Source: Candidatus Multivoradales bacterium (GTDB taxonomy: Bacteria; Acidobacteriota; Thermoanaerobaculia; Multivoradales; J023). Taken from it: a stretch of DNA of 64,000 nt. Of this stretch, positions 47,253 through 56,948 are shown piece after piece. Positions within the stretch are counted from its first letter, which is position 1. Each line of letters begins with the position of its first letter. The notes below the pieces were generated by a model. That model searched no databases, had not been told where the DNA came from, and saw only the letters and a program-made list of their open reading frames with translations. The position numbers and the translations under genes were made by a program. The stretch covers positions 963,700 through 1,027,699 of the forward strand of contig CBDFLE010000006.1 in assembly GCA_965248925.1 (NCBI GenBank), given 5' to 3'.

Positions 47253-49238
47253 TCAGCGCTGCTCACCCACCCGCTCCCGCCGCAACTGCTCGAGCATTTG
47301 CCCTAGGCGAGCCGCAGACGGGTTTCTTGCGACCGCGCGGCGCAGGAGATCCTCCGCCGCGTCCAGCCTCCCCGCCTGCCGCAAGAGGATCGCAGCATTG
47401 CTCACCGCTGCCTCGGGATAGGGCGGCTGCTCGGCCATCTCTAGCGAAATCCCTAGCGCCTCCGCGCCACGCCCCACCGCCGCCAAGGCAATGGCGTAGT
47501 TCAGCCGACAGCGGCCCATCTCGGCGGCCTGCAGCGAACCGCGGGCAGCCCAGGCAGCGAGCGCCTGCTGGTAGTGCGGCAGCGCCCGCTGCGGCTGACC
47601 ACGACGAGTGTGCAGCAACAGAGCCAGGTTGCGGTGCCCCTGGGGAGAGTCGGAGTCGGCGGCGATGGCCTGGCGAAACAAGGCTTCAGCCTCCTCTACC
47701 CGACCCGCTGCCAGCGCCTTCGCCCCCAGCCAATCGAAGGCTGCCGGGTTTCCCGGATCCACCACCGCCACCCGTTGCCACAGCGCCGAATCAGTCGCCC
47801 AGAAAGGGTCGTGGTAGAGATTGCTCACGGTCCACAACGCCAACAGCGCGCCCACCGCAAGATTCCGCCAACGCGGCGCCAAGCGCCAGAGCAACCACAC
47901 CACGCCGACACAAAAACCTAGAACCGCCAGGTAAAGATATCGCTGGTGCACCAGATAGGCCGGCCGAAAAGAGCGGGTGTTGAAGACCGGCCAAACACAG
48001 GCCCCGATCCACGCCGCGCCGAACAACAGCACCGGGCGCCGACGCCACAGCCACCCACCGACGGCGACCAAGGCCCCCAACACGAGCAACGCCCCCCAGG
48101 CCCGTGGATCGCCCCAGCTTACCAAGTAGCGCACCGGATAACTGGGTGAGAAATCCCAGGGCCAGAACAGAAAGCGCAAATACCACAAAGCCAGCCAAGG
48201 CAAGGTCGGCAACACCTCGACTATTTCCATTCCACCGGCAACGACCCCAAAGACGGTGTGGATCGCCAGCTTGCGGACATAGATCCACAGCAGGGTGAGG
48301 AGCAGGAAAGGCAAGTAGCCGAGGGCCACCCGGCGCAGCTCGAACCAGCGCGCCGCAGGAACCCGCGGTCTGACCCAGGCCAGCCAGCCGAGAGCCAAGC
48401 CACCGAGCGCCAAGAACTCGGCCACGAACGCCAGGTGGAGGTGGCGCATCAGTCCCTGGCCAGCGAAGAGTTCCAGCGCGAAGACAATTGCCATCAGACC
48501 CACCAAGCCGCCATAGGCCCGCCACAGCCAACGCTCGCCGCGGCGATGAGCTAGCAAGCCATCGACCAGCGGCAGCAGCAGCAGCAGGGACAACGCCGAT
48601 TCCTTGAGACAGAGAGCAGCGGCGTAGCACAGCGCCGCCGCTGCCAAGCGCCAGAGTCCGCCCGCTTGCCGCCAGCCCAACCAGAGCGCCAGCCCAACCA
48701 ACAGCAGTGCCGCTGCCGGCGGATCGTTGTAAGCCGCGGCAATCCAGCTCACAGACTCTCCATGGGCCGGATGCACCGCGAAAAGGGCCGCTACCGCCAG
48801 CGCCTGGTAGCGACCAAATCCTAGCCGCAGCAACAGCCACCAAGCCGCCCAACAAGCGAGCAAATGGAGCCCCAGACCCGCCCCATGCCAGGCTCGGGTA
48901 TCGAGCTCAAAGAGCTGGTACATGGCCAAGTACTGAACATAGAACAAGGGCCGCCAGTAGTTCGATCGCTCGCCGTCGTCGCGCGACAACGAGAGAATGT
49001 CTTGCCGCCAGAAATCGGCGAAGCTCGACCCCTGGCGCAGGCGCATGTTGTTGACCACCTGCTCGTGATCGTCCCAGACGAACTCGTGGCTCAGGGTGGG
49101 AGCGAAGGAAATCCCGATGACTACCGCCAGACAAGCCACCGCGAGCCCAGACGAAAGCCGCGGCCAGCCGCCGCCTGCACGGCTCTCGGAAGGCGATTCG
49201 CTCACGGGCGGAGCCTGACGTACACGGCGGTTCTCCAA
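47253..49238 (-). CDS. TMTC/PMT-like polytopic membrane glycosyltransferase-like protein with C-terminal TPR repeats.
   Basis: N-terminal FVWDDHEQVVNN motif characteristic of the DUF1736/TMTC-like family, ~11 TM, C-terminal TPRs. Confidence 0.55.
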   Translation of the reverse strand: MENRRVRQAPPVSESPSESRAGGGWPRLSSGLAVACLAVVIGISFAPTLSHEFVWDDHEQVVNNMRLRQGSSFADFWRQDILSLSRDDGERSNYWRPLFYVQYLAMYQLFELDTRAWHGAGLGLHLLACWAAWWLLLRLGFGRYQALAVAALFAVHPAHGESVSWIAAAYNDPPAAALLLVGLALWLGWRQAGGLWRLAAAALCYAAALCLKESALSLLLLLPLVDGLLAHRRGERWLWRAYGGLVGLMAIVFALELFAGQGLMRHLHLAFVAEFLALGGLALGWLAWVRPRVPAARWFELRRVALGYLPFLLLTLLWIYVRKLAIHTVFGVVAGGMEIVEVLPTLPWLALWYLRFLFWPWDFSPSYPVRYLVSWGDPRAWGALLVLGALVAVGGWLWRRRPVLLFGAAWIGACVWPVFNTRSFRPAYLVHQRYLYLAVLGFCVGVVWLLWRLAPRWRNLAVGALLALWTVSNLYHDPFWATDSALWQRVAVVDPGNPAAFDWLGAKALAAGRVEEAEALFRQAIAADSDSPQGHRNLALLLHTRRGQPQRALPHYQQALAAWAARGSLQAAEMGRCRLNYAIALAAVGRGAEALGISLEMAEQPPYPEAAVSNAAILLRQAGRLDAAEDLLRRAVARNPSAARLGQMLEQLRRERVGEQR

Positions 49239-49299
49239 CTAAGTTACGAGGTAAGAACAGGGGTCAATCTTAGCATTCACCCGCTGCTAAACTGCCTCC

Positions 49300-51204
49300 A
49301 TGACCGCCGCCAAGACTGCCGCCAAGACTGCCGCCAAGACGCTGTCTATCCCCCATCCGGACGGCGGCCCAGCAACCAGCGATGGCTGGATCGCCCTCGT
49401 CTTGGTGGCCCTCGCCATTCTGCCCTTCGTCGTCAGCCTCGGCGGCGACTTCGTCTATGACGACCGCCACCAGATCGTAGGCAACCACCTGATCCAAGAC
49501 AACGCCTACCTGGGCCGGGCGCTGACCTCCGACGTGTGGGCCTTCAAGAGTCAGCGCGAGGCCGCTTGGAGCAACTACTGGCGACCGACATTCGTGCTCT
49601 GGCTGACTCTCCAGCACCGCCTGTTTGGCCTCGCATCGACATTAGGGTGGCACCTATCGAGTCTCGCCTTGCACGCCTTGGTCTGCCTACTGGCCTACGC
49701 CCTTCTGCGTCGCCTAGTGCTCGGCCGATGGGCCGCCGCGACGATCGCTGGACTGTTCGCCGTGCATCCGGTACATGTCGAATCAGTGGCGTGGATTTCG
49801 GGCTCGCCCGACTTGCTGGCGGCCGCCGCCATGCTCGGCGCATTGCTCGCCCTACCCCTCGATTCTGACCGCAGCCGACGGCTGCGACGGGCGGTGGCGC
49901 TGCTGCTGGCGACGGTAGCGCTAGGAGCCAAGGAGTATTCGGTAATGCTGCCAATCTTGGTGGCCATCCTCAGTTGGCTACGCGGCCCGCCGAGCAAGCG
50001 CCAGGCCGCTCTTACCGCTTTACCCTTCGCGACTCTAGTGGCGCTCTACTTGATCTGCCGCTTCTGGGTCCTCGGCACCGTCGAAATCGATACTCCTTGG
50101 AGCCTCGGCCCGCTCGGCATGGCGGCCAATGTTCCGGCGCTGCTGACCTTTTACCTACGCCAGAGCTTGTGGCCCCTGGAACTCGGCCCCTCGTATCCCC
50201 TGCGAGCCATCCAACTCAGCGAGGTCGGCTGGAGCAACTTCTGGCTACCTCTGCTCGGCCTGCTGCTGATCGCCGCCGGCACCCTGGCCTTGGCCCGCCG
50301 CCGACCGCTGGTGTGGATGGCAGCGGCGCTCTTTGCCCTGCCCTTGCTGCCGGCGCTGAACATTGACGCCTTCATCCAGGAACAGCTGGTGCATGATCGC
50401 TATCTCTACCTGCCCTTGCTGGGCTTACTATCAATCTTAGCCGTAGCCTGGCAGCAGCTGCTGCCCCGGCTGAGCAGCACCGCGGCCCGCCGCTGGCTGG
50501 CCGCCGCGGCGGTGGTGTTGATGGCAACACTAGGCTGGCAAACCAGCCTCTACGCCCGAACTTGGACTTCGGAGCTGGCGCTGTGGCAACGAGCGGTCGA
50601 GGTCGATCCCAGCTCCGCCTTCAACTACACGGAATACGGCGGTGCCTTGCTCCAAGCCGGTCGCATCGAGGAGGCGCGTTTGGCCCTGGACCGCGCGATC
50701 GAGATCGAAGCGGTGACCGTGGCCTTTTTGAAGCGCGCCGATTTGGCCATGCGCCAAGGCCGGCTGGCGGACGCCGAGAGTGACCTCGCAATGGTGCAAC
50801 GCCACCTACCGCAAGACCCGCGTCCCTACCGCCGTCTGGCCCAACTGCGACAGGCCACCGGTCGTGGCGCCGAGGCCCAACGCACGCTGCGTCAAGGACG
50901 CCGCCAGGCGCCGGAGCAATGGTGCGCCATGACCGCCGATCTGGCAGTGCTGCTCTACTTGGCCAACGAGCGGACAGCGGCCCTCGAAGAACTGGAAGCC
51001 TGCCGCTCTAGGCTCGACCGAGAACCCACCCCCGACTGCCTCCGCGGCCTCCTCAGACTGGCCTCCTTGTACCGTGAGAAGGGCCGCGAAGAGGCCGCCC
51101 TTGACGCCTTCGATGAGCTTGCCAGGCGAACTTCCGGGCACCGCCCAGCGGCGGTGATGGCGCTCCACGAACAGGCTCTGAAAGCCCTTGGCGACGCCCC
51201 CTGA
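49300..51204 (+). CDS. TMTC/PMT-like polytopic membrane glycosyltransferase-like protein with C-terminal TPR repeats (paralog, divergent).
   Basis: FVYDDRHQIVGNHLI motif, multi-TM, C-terminal TPRs. N-terminus MTAAKTAAKTAAKT is encoded by a 12-bp tandem repeat. Confidence 0.55.
   Translation: MTAAKTAAKTAAKTLSIPHPDGGPATSDGWIALVLVALAILPFVVSLGGDFVYDDRHQIVGNHLIQDNAYLGRALTSDVWAFKSQREAAWSNYWRPTFVLWLTLQHRLFGLASTLGWHLSSLALHALVCLLAYALLRRLVLGRWAAATIAGLFAVHPVHVESVAWISGSPDLLAAAAMLGALLALPLDSDRSRRLRRAVALLLATVALGAKEYSVMLPILVAILSWLRGPPSKRQAALTALPFATLVALYLICRFWVLGTVEIDTPWSLGPLGMAANVPALLTFYLRQSLWPLELGPSYPLRAIQLSEVGWSNFWLPLLGLLLIAAGTLALARRRPLVWMAAALFALPLLPALNIDAFIQEQLVHDRYLYLPLLGLLSILAVAWQQLLPRLSSTAARRWLAAAAVVLMATLGWQTSLYARTWTSELALWQRAVEVDPSSAFNYTEYGGALLQAGRIEEARLALDRAIEIEAVTVAFLKRADLAMRQGRLADAESDLAMVQRHLPQDPRPYRRLAQLRQATGRGAEAQRTLRQGRRQAPEQWCAMTADLAVLLYLANERTAALEELEACRSRLDREPTPDCLRGLLRLASLYREKGREEAALDAFDELARRTSGHRPAAVMALHEQALKALGDAP
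49306..49341. repeat. 12-bp tandem repeat x3 (gccgccaagacK) at the 5' end of CDS 49300..51204, encoding (AAKT)3.
   Basis: Read directly: atgaccgccgccaagactgccgccaagactgccgccaagacg. Confidence 0.8.
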
Positions 51205-51242
51205 AACCGCTGCCCTGGTAGCACTTCTGGTATGCTGAATGC

Positions 51243-51722
51243 ATGGTCAAAACTCAAACTGTGCGCTTTGCTCGAGCTTGGAGCTATCCGTTGGTGGTCC
51301 TCGCTCTCCTGCTGGTCACTTGCACCCAGCCGACGAACGATGCTGGCGCTACCGCCAACTCCACCACGCCTCCAGCTGCCAGCGGGTCAGCTGACAGCGA
51401 GGGTGACGGCAGCCCAGCCGCTGAGGGTCGAGACCCGTTGCGTAACCGGGTGAATTGGGCCACCGCCAGCGAAGTCGATATCTTTGGCTACGACATCTAT
51501 CGCGGCGAGAGCCCAGACGGCCCATTCGAGCGCGTCACAACAGAACCCGTCCCCGCCGCTGGCACCACCGACGAGCCGCAGAAATACACTTGGATCGACC
51601 CCACCAACGATCCCACCAAGGACTACTACTACTACGTCGAGAACATCTCGATGTCGAACCAGCGGGAGCACCTCACCGGCATCGGCCATGTCCCGCCGAA
51701 ACAACCCGCGGCGGCTGACTGA
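51243..51722 (+). CDS. Hypothetical lipoprotein (possible FN3-like fold).
   Basis: Signal peptide with lipobox LLVTCT. No confident domain. Confidence 0.4.
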   Translation: MVKTQTVRFARAWSYPLVVLALLLVTCTQPTNDAGATANSTTPPAASGSADSEGDGSPAAEGRDPLRNRVNWATASEVDIFGYDIYRGESPDGPFERVTTEPVPAAGTTDEPQKYTWIDPTNDPTKDYYYYVENISMSNQREHLTGIGHVPPKQPAAAD

Positions 51723-51759
51723 CCCCCGCAGCAAAGGCTAACCGCCGCACTCGACGACC

Positions 51760-53385
51760 ATGATCTCGTCGCGCCGCCCACTGCTGCTGCTCGCCTTGCT
51801 GCTACCCCTGTTGGTGGTCGGCGCAACGCTGCTCTACATGCTGGGCATGCGCTACCTCGAAGGCTCGCCGCGCGATTTTCTGACCAGTTTGGAGTTCGTC
51901 TCCGAGACTCTGACCTCAGTGGGTTACGGCGCCGATAGCAGCTGGCGCCACCCGCTGATGCTGCTGCTGGTGATCGGCTTGCAGTTCGCCGGTTCTTTCT
52001 TGCTGCTGCTGATCCTGCCCTTGATCATGCTGCCGATGCTCGAGCGACGGTTCGAGACCCGGCTGCCGCAGCGGGCGGCGAAGCTCTCCGAGCACGTGGT
52101 GATCTACCGCTGGGGAGCCGCGGTCGAGACCCTGGCGAGCGAACTCGACCGTACCGAAGTGCCGGTGCTGATCCTCGAGGAGAGTGAGAGTGAAGCCCGG
52201 CGGTTGCTTGAGACCGGCCGCCAGGTGGTGTTCTGCTCCAACCCCACCACGGCGCTCGACAGGGTCTCCCTGAGCGAAGCTAGAGCTTTGATCGCCAATG
52301 GCAGCGACGAAGAAAACGCGGCGATCATTCTCACTGCCCGACAGGTTGGCTTTGAGGGAAAAATCCTCGCAATCGTCGAAGACCCCTTCCACCGCCAAGC
52401 GATGTCCTTGGCCGGCGCCAGCGAAGTGTTCACCCCACGCCACGTCTTGGCCTCGGCCTTGGCGGCCCGCGCTAGCCACCAGGTCAGTCCGCGGGTCAGT
52501 GGCTTGCAACAGCTCGGCAAGCACCTGCAAGTCGAAGAAGTGCGTATCGACCCCGCAAGCCCGCTGGCCGGCCGGACTTTGGCCGAGACCGAGATCCACA
52601 GACAAACCGGCACCACCGTGATCGGCCAGTGGATCGGTGGCGAACTAGAGACCCGCCCCCATGGCCAAATGCGCCTCGAACCCCACGGCATCTTGGTGGC
52701 TATCGGCAGGCAAGAGGGCCTCGAGCGCCTAGCTTCCTTGGCGGGTAGCATGGTGCAGCTAAGCCCGGCAGAGCACTTCGTGATCTGTGGCTTCGGCGAA
52801 GTCGGTCGCAAGGTGGCCGAACTACTCGACCAGGCGGGTGAAACGGTCCGCGTGGTCGACCGCCAGCGCCTGGCCGGAGTGGATGTAGTAGGCGATGTGC
52901 TGGATCCAGCGGTTCTCGACGCCGCCGAAATCGACTCTGCCCAAGCGGTGGTGTTAGCGCTGGACAATGACCCGGCGACCCTCTTTGCCACCGTCATCCT
53001 GCGCGACCGCGCCACCGAGACGCCGATCGTGGCGCGGGTCAATGCCGCCGACAATGTGGATCGGATCCACCGCGCGGGAGCCGATTTTGCGCTTTCGATC
53101 AGCCAAGTTTCGGGGCAAGTGCTAGCCCGCTGCCTGTTGCGCCTAGAGTCGGTGTCGATCGACGCGCGACTGCGGGTTACCAAGCTGCCGCGGCACCGTC
53201 TGGGCGGCCATCAGCCGGCTGAATTCAAGCTACGCTCTCGCACCGGCTGCTCGGTGGTAGCAGTCGAGCGCGGCGATCAGGTGTTGGTGGATGTGGGCCC
53301 GCGATTCACTTTCGACGCCAACGACGTACTCTACGTCTGCGGCAGCGATCAGGCGATCCAGCGGTTCATCGAGGCTTTTTGCTAG
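51760..53385 (+). CDS. Potassium channel with tandem RCK/TrkA-N domains.
   Basis: Selectivity filter TLTSVGYGAD. Two Rossmann-like RCK domains (VVIYRWGAAVETLASEL..., FVICGFGEVGRKVAELL). Confidence 0.8.
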   Translation: MISSRRPLLLLALLLPLLVVGATLLYMLGMRYLEGSPRDFLTSLEFVSETLTSVGYGADSSWRHPLMLLLVIGLQFAGSFLLLLILPLIMLPMLERRFETRLPQRAAKLSEHVVIYRWGAAVETLASELDRTEVPVLILEESESEARRLLETGRQVVFCSNPTTALDRVSLSEARALIANGSDEENAAIILTARQVGFEGKILAIVEDPFHRQAMSLAGASEVFTPRHVLASALAARASHQVSPRVSGLQQLGKHLQVEEVRIDPASPLAGRTLAETEIHRQTGTTVIGQWIGGELETRPHGQMRLEPHGILVAIGRQEGLERLASLAGSMVQLSPAEHFVICGFGEVGRKVAELLDQAGETVRVVDRQRLAGVDVVGDVLDPAVLDAAEIDSAQAVVLALDNDPATLFATVILRDRATETPIVARVNAADNVDRIHRAGADFALSISQVSGQVLARCLLRLESVSIDARLRVTKLPRHRLGGHQPAEFKLRSRTGCSVVAVERGDQVLVDVGPRFTFDANDVLYVCGSDQAIQRFIEAFC

Positions 53386-54686
53386 TCGTCCCAACGGCCC
53401 ATGATCAGCGCCCCGTTGGTGCCACCGAAACCAAATGAGTTGGTCAGCGCATAGCGGAGATCGACAGCCCGTGGCCGGTGCGGCACGAAGTCGAGGTCGG
53501 CCAGCGGGTCCGGATGGTCGAGATTGAGAGTGGCGGGAAGCCGCTGATGCTTCAAGGCCAAGGCCAAAATGCCGCTTTCGAGCCCACCCGCGGCGCCCAG
53601 CAAATGGCCGGTAGCTGACTTGGTCGACGACACCGCGAGCCGGTAGGCATGGTCGCCATAGACCTGCTTGATGGCTTGCACCTCGCCCAGATCACCCAGG
53701 GTCGTCGAAGTGCCGTGGGCATTGATGTAGCCGATCGAGTCGGCCTCCAAACCGGCGTCTTTGAGCGCGCTGTTCATTACTCGAGCGGCGCCGCCGCCTC
53801 TCGGATCAGGGGCCGAGATGTGGTAGGCGTCGCCTGACATCCCATAACCGACCAGCTCGGCGTAGATCTCCGCCCCCCGCTGCTGCGCCGCGCCGAGTTC
53901 TTCTAGCACCAGGATACCGGCCCCTTCGCCGATGACGAACCCATCGCGATCGCGATCCCACGGCCGAGACGCCTTCTGCGGCTCGTCGTTGCGGGTCGAC
54001 AGGGCTTTCATCGAGGCAAAACCAGCCACCGCCAACGGCGTGATCACCGCTTCGGTACCGCCGCAGATCATCGCCTCGGCATAGTCTCCCTGAATCAACC
54101 TGAAGGCATCGCCAACCGCGTGCAATCCGGTGGTGCAGGCGGTTGCCACCGCAGAGTTCGGCCCCTGAGCACCGTAGCGGATCGACACCTGGCCAGCGGC
54201 CAGATTGATCGACAGAGCGGGAATGAAGAAGGGCGAGACCCGGCCGGGACCGCGTTCGAGCAGCCGCCGGTGAGTCTCTTCAATAAAGGCCAGGCCGCCG
54301 ATACCGGAGCCGATCAACACCCCGACCCGCTCGCGGTTCTGGTCGCTGATCTCGAGAGCAGAGTCTTCCATCGCGAACTGCGCCGCCGCCATCGCGAACT
54401 GGATGAAGCGGTCACACTTCTTGACATCCTTGCGCTCAAAGTAATCGAAGGGATCAAACCCCTCGACTTCGCCAGCGATGCGGCAAGGAAACTTCTCGGT
54501 GTCGAAGCGAGTGATCGGGCCAATGCCGCTCTGCGACGCCATCAGCCCATCCCAAGTCGCCGCGGTGCCAACACCGAGGGGCGACACCAAGCCGACTCCG
54601 GTCACCACTACCCGCCGCCGGTAGCCAGACCCGGCGCCTTCGCCGACGCTCACCGCGTTGCGCTCCACGGCAAGGCCATTCTCCAA
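53382..54686 (-). CDS. fabF: 3-oxoacyl-[ACP] synthase II.
   Basis: RRVVVTGVGLVSPLG, active-site ACTTGLHAVG, HGTSTTLGD, GFGGTNGAL. Real start is probably 10-20 codons downstream of the TTG at 54686. Confidence 0.9.
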   Translation of the reverse strand: MENGLAVERNAVSVGEGAGSGYRRRVVVTGVGLVSPLGVGTAATWDGLMASQSGIGPITRFDTEKFPCRIAGEVEGFDPFDYFERKDVKKCDRFIQFAMAAAQFAMEDSALEISDQNRERVGVLIGSGIGGLAFIEETHRRLLERGPGRVSPFFIPALSINLAAGQVSIRYGAQGPNSAVATACTTGLHAVGDAFRLIQGDYAEAMICGGTEAVITPLAVAGFASMKALSTRNDEPQKASRPWDRDRDGFVIGEGAGILVLEELGAAQQRGAEIYAELVGYGMSGDAYHISAPDPRGGGAARVMNSALKDAGLEADSIGYINAHGTSTTLGDLGEVQAIKQVYGDHAYRLAVSSTKSATGHLLGAAGGLESGILALALKHQRLPATLNLDHPDPLADLDFVPHRPRAVDLRYALTNSFGFGGTNGALIMGRWDD

Positions 54687-54708
54687 GCCATCTGAGAGGC
54701 CACCCGGC

Positions 54709-54972
54709 TTAGTCCACCTTGGCGTTCTGTTCGATGTAGGAGACCGCGTCTTGTACCTTGGCGATCTTCTCGGCTTCGTCGTCGGGGATCTCGAGGTCGA
54801 ACTCTTCCTCGAACGCCATCACCAGCTCGACGATGTCGAGAGAGTCGGCGCCGAGATCGTCGGTGAAGCTGGCGGCAGGAATGACTTCATCCTGCTCGAC
54901 GCCCAGCTGCTCCGCGATGATGCTGTTGACCTTGTCTTTAATGGCGTCTTTAGTGGCGTCTTTAGTGGCCAT
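54709..54972 (-). CDS. acpP: Acyl carrier protein.
   Basis: [20 protein letters not shown] phosphopantetheine-attachment motif. GGAGG RBS. N-terminus [13 protein letters not shown] comes from an imperfect 12-bp repeat x3. Confidence 0.9.
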   Translation of the reverse strand: MATKDATKDAIKDKVNSIIAEQLGVEQDEVIPAASFTDDLGADSLDIVELVMAFEEEFDLEIPDDEAEKIAKVQDAVSYIEQNAKVD

Positions 54973-55136
54973 GGTCAGGAAACCTCCAGAGTTTGTCCGG
55001 GAACGGAAGGAGTTGTAGCATAAAGACGTCACCGAGGTCTACGTAGCAAGACCTTGCCCGATCTCTGACCGAGACTCCTGGGAACCTCTCGGTACCCCCC
55101 TGACGCCCTGGTTTTCGTGTTTCGCTCTCAGCTGAT

Positions 55137-55880
55137 TCAGATGTACATGCCGCCAGAGACATTGAGCACCTCACCGGTGATATAGCCGGCTTCGGGGCTG
55201 CTCAAGAAGGCCACAGCGGCGGCCACGTCCTCCACCTTACCAAGACGGCGCAGGACAATGCTCTTCTCTAACTGATCTCGCACTTTGTCGCCCAGCTCAC
55301 TGGTCATCTCGGTCTCGACATATCCCGGCGCCACCACATTGACGGTGATGTTGCGGCCGCCAATCTCGCGGGCCAGCGACTTGGCGAAGCCAATCATACC
55401 GGCCTTCGAGGCGGCGTAGTTAGCCTGGCCAGCGTTGCCCATCAGACCGACCACCGAGGACACCATCACGATCCGCCCCCAGCGCTGGCGAATCATGCCA
55501 CGAATCAGCTGCCGGGTGACCGCATAAGCGCCGGTGAGATTGACCCGCAGGACCTCCTCCCACTGCTCGAGGCTCATCCGCGCTAGCAGCCCGTCACGGG
55601 TGATACCAGCATTGTTGACCAGAATCTGCACATCGCCGAGTTCTTTGACCAGCGGCTCGATCCGCTCAGCCACTAGCGCCGGCTGGCCGACATCGAGAGC
55701 CAGAGGGAAAGCCTCCCCTCCCTCCTCGGCGATCTCTTGCGCCAACGCTTCGAGCTTGTCGAGGCTGCGCGCCGCCACCACCACCCGCGCCCCCTGGCTG
55801 GCGAGGCGCGACGCTACTTGCCGCCCAATACCCTGCGAAGCGCCGGTAACCAGCGCCAGCTTGCCTTCGAGTTCAAACAT
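55137..55880 (-). CDS. fabG: 3-oxoacyl-[ACP] reductase.
   Basis: SDR: LVTGASQGIGR, NAG, YAASKAG. Confidence 0.9.
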   Translation of the reverse strand: MFELEGKLALVTGASQGIGRQVASRLASQGARVVVAARSLDKLEALAQEIAEEGGEAFPLALDVGQPALVAERIEPLVKELGDVQILVNNAGITRDGLLARMSLEQWEEVLRVNLTGAYAVTRQLIRGMIRQRWGRIVMVSSVVGLMGNAGQANYAASKAGMIGFAKSLAREIGGRNITVNVVAPGYVETEMTSELGDKVRDQLEKSIVLRRLGKVEDVAAAVAFLSSPEAGYITGEVLNVSGGMYI

Positions 55881-55926
55881 CTCTAGCTCCTTGTCTCGGA
55901 TCGAGTTTGCCTGGGCTCCAACCAGT

Positions 55927-56892
55927 TCAGGCTTCGGCCGCTATGCCGTTACTCTCGTCGATCAGCTTGTCGAGTGCCGCCGGCTTGGCCAAGCCAGACC
56001 AGCGCACTCCGCGGTCGATGCGCCTTCCGAGGCCAGTGAGAACAATCCCCGGTCCGACCTCGACAAAGCGCTCAACTCCGGCTTGGTCGATCAACCAGCG
56101 CATCGAAGCCACCCAACGCACCGGTCCGTCGATCTGGCGCACCAGCGCTTGCCGCGCCGTGGCACCGTCGGTGACCGGCTGAGCGTCGATATTGACCACC
56201 ACCGGCAGTCGTGGCGCGGCGAAATCCGTCGCCTCGAGTAGGGGCTGTAGGCCAGCTCGCGCGGGCGCCATCAGGGGCGAGTGGAAGGGCGCCGACACCG
56301 GCAGCAACTTGGCCTTCTTGGCCCCCTGCTCGAGCGCCAACACCACTGCCCGCTCGACCGCGGCGCGCTGTCCCGCGACCACGGTCTGCCTGGGCGAGTT
56401 GTAATTGGCTACCCCGCAAACCTCGTCCTGGGCCGCTGTCGCGACGATCTCCTCGACCACTTCATCAGTCAATCCAATCAACGCCGCCATCGCTCCTTCG
56501 CCCACTGGCACCGCCTGCTGCATCAGCTCTCCACGGCGCCGCACTAGGCGCAGGGCAGCGGCAAAGTCGAGGCTACCAGCGGCGACCAAAGCGGAATACT
56601 CACCGAGGCTGTGGCCGGCCACCGCCACCGGGGTCGGCCCACCGCGCTCTTGCAGCGCTCGTAGAATCGCCACCGAGCAGGCGAGGATCGCCGGCTGGGT
56701 GTTGGCGGTGAGCTGCAACTCTTCTTCCGGTCCCTCCCAGCATAGCCGGCTCAGGTCGAAACCCAGGGCTTTGTCGGCCTCAGCGAAGGTCTGGCGCGCC
56801 ACCGGATAGGCCTCGGCCCATTCGCCACCCATGCCGACCTTCTGCGACCCCTGGCCGGGAAAGAGGAAGACTGTCTTGACGTTTTCGCTCAT
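55927..56892 (-). CDS. fabD: Malonyl-CoA:ACP transacylase.
   Basis: FLFPGQGSQKVGMG, GHSLGEYSALVAAG. Confidence 0.9.
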   Translation of the reverse strand: MSENVKTVFLFPGQGSQKVGMGGEWAEAYPVARQTFAEADKALGFDLSRLCWEGPEEELQLTANTQPAILACSVAILRALQERGGPTPVAVAGHSLGEYSALVAAGSLDFAAALRLVRRRGELMQQAVPVGEGAMAALIGLTDEVVEEIVATAAQDEVCGVANYNSPRQTVVAGQRAAVERAVVLALEQGAKKAKLLPVSAPFHSPLMAPARAGLQPLLEATDFAAPRLPVVVNIDAQPVTDGATARQALVRQIDGPVRWVASMRWLIDQAGVERFVEVGPGIVLTGLGRRIDRGVRWSGLAKPAALDKLIDESNGIAAEA

Positions 56893-56948
56893 CTATCGAA
56901 GGGTCCCCATGACGGTGAACGCTAGCTCCAAGCGCTCACCGCAGATCG

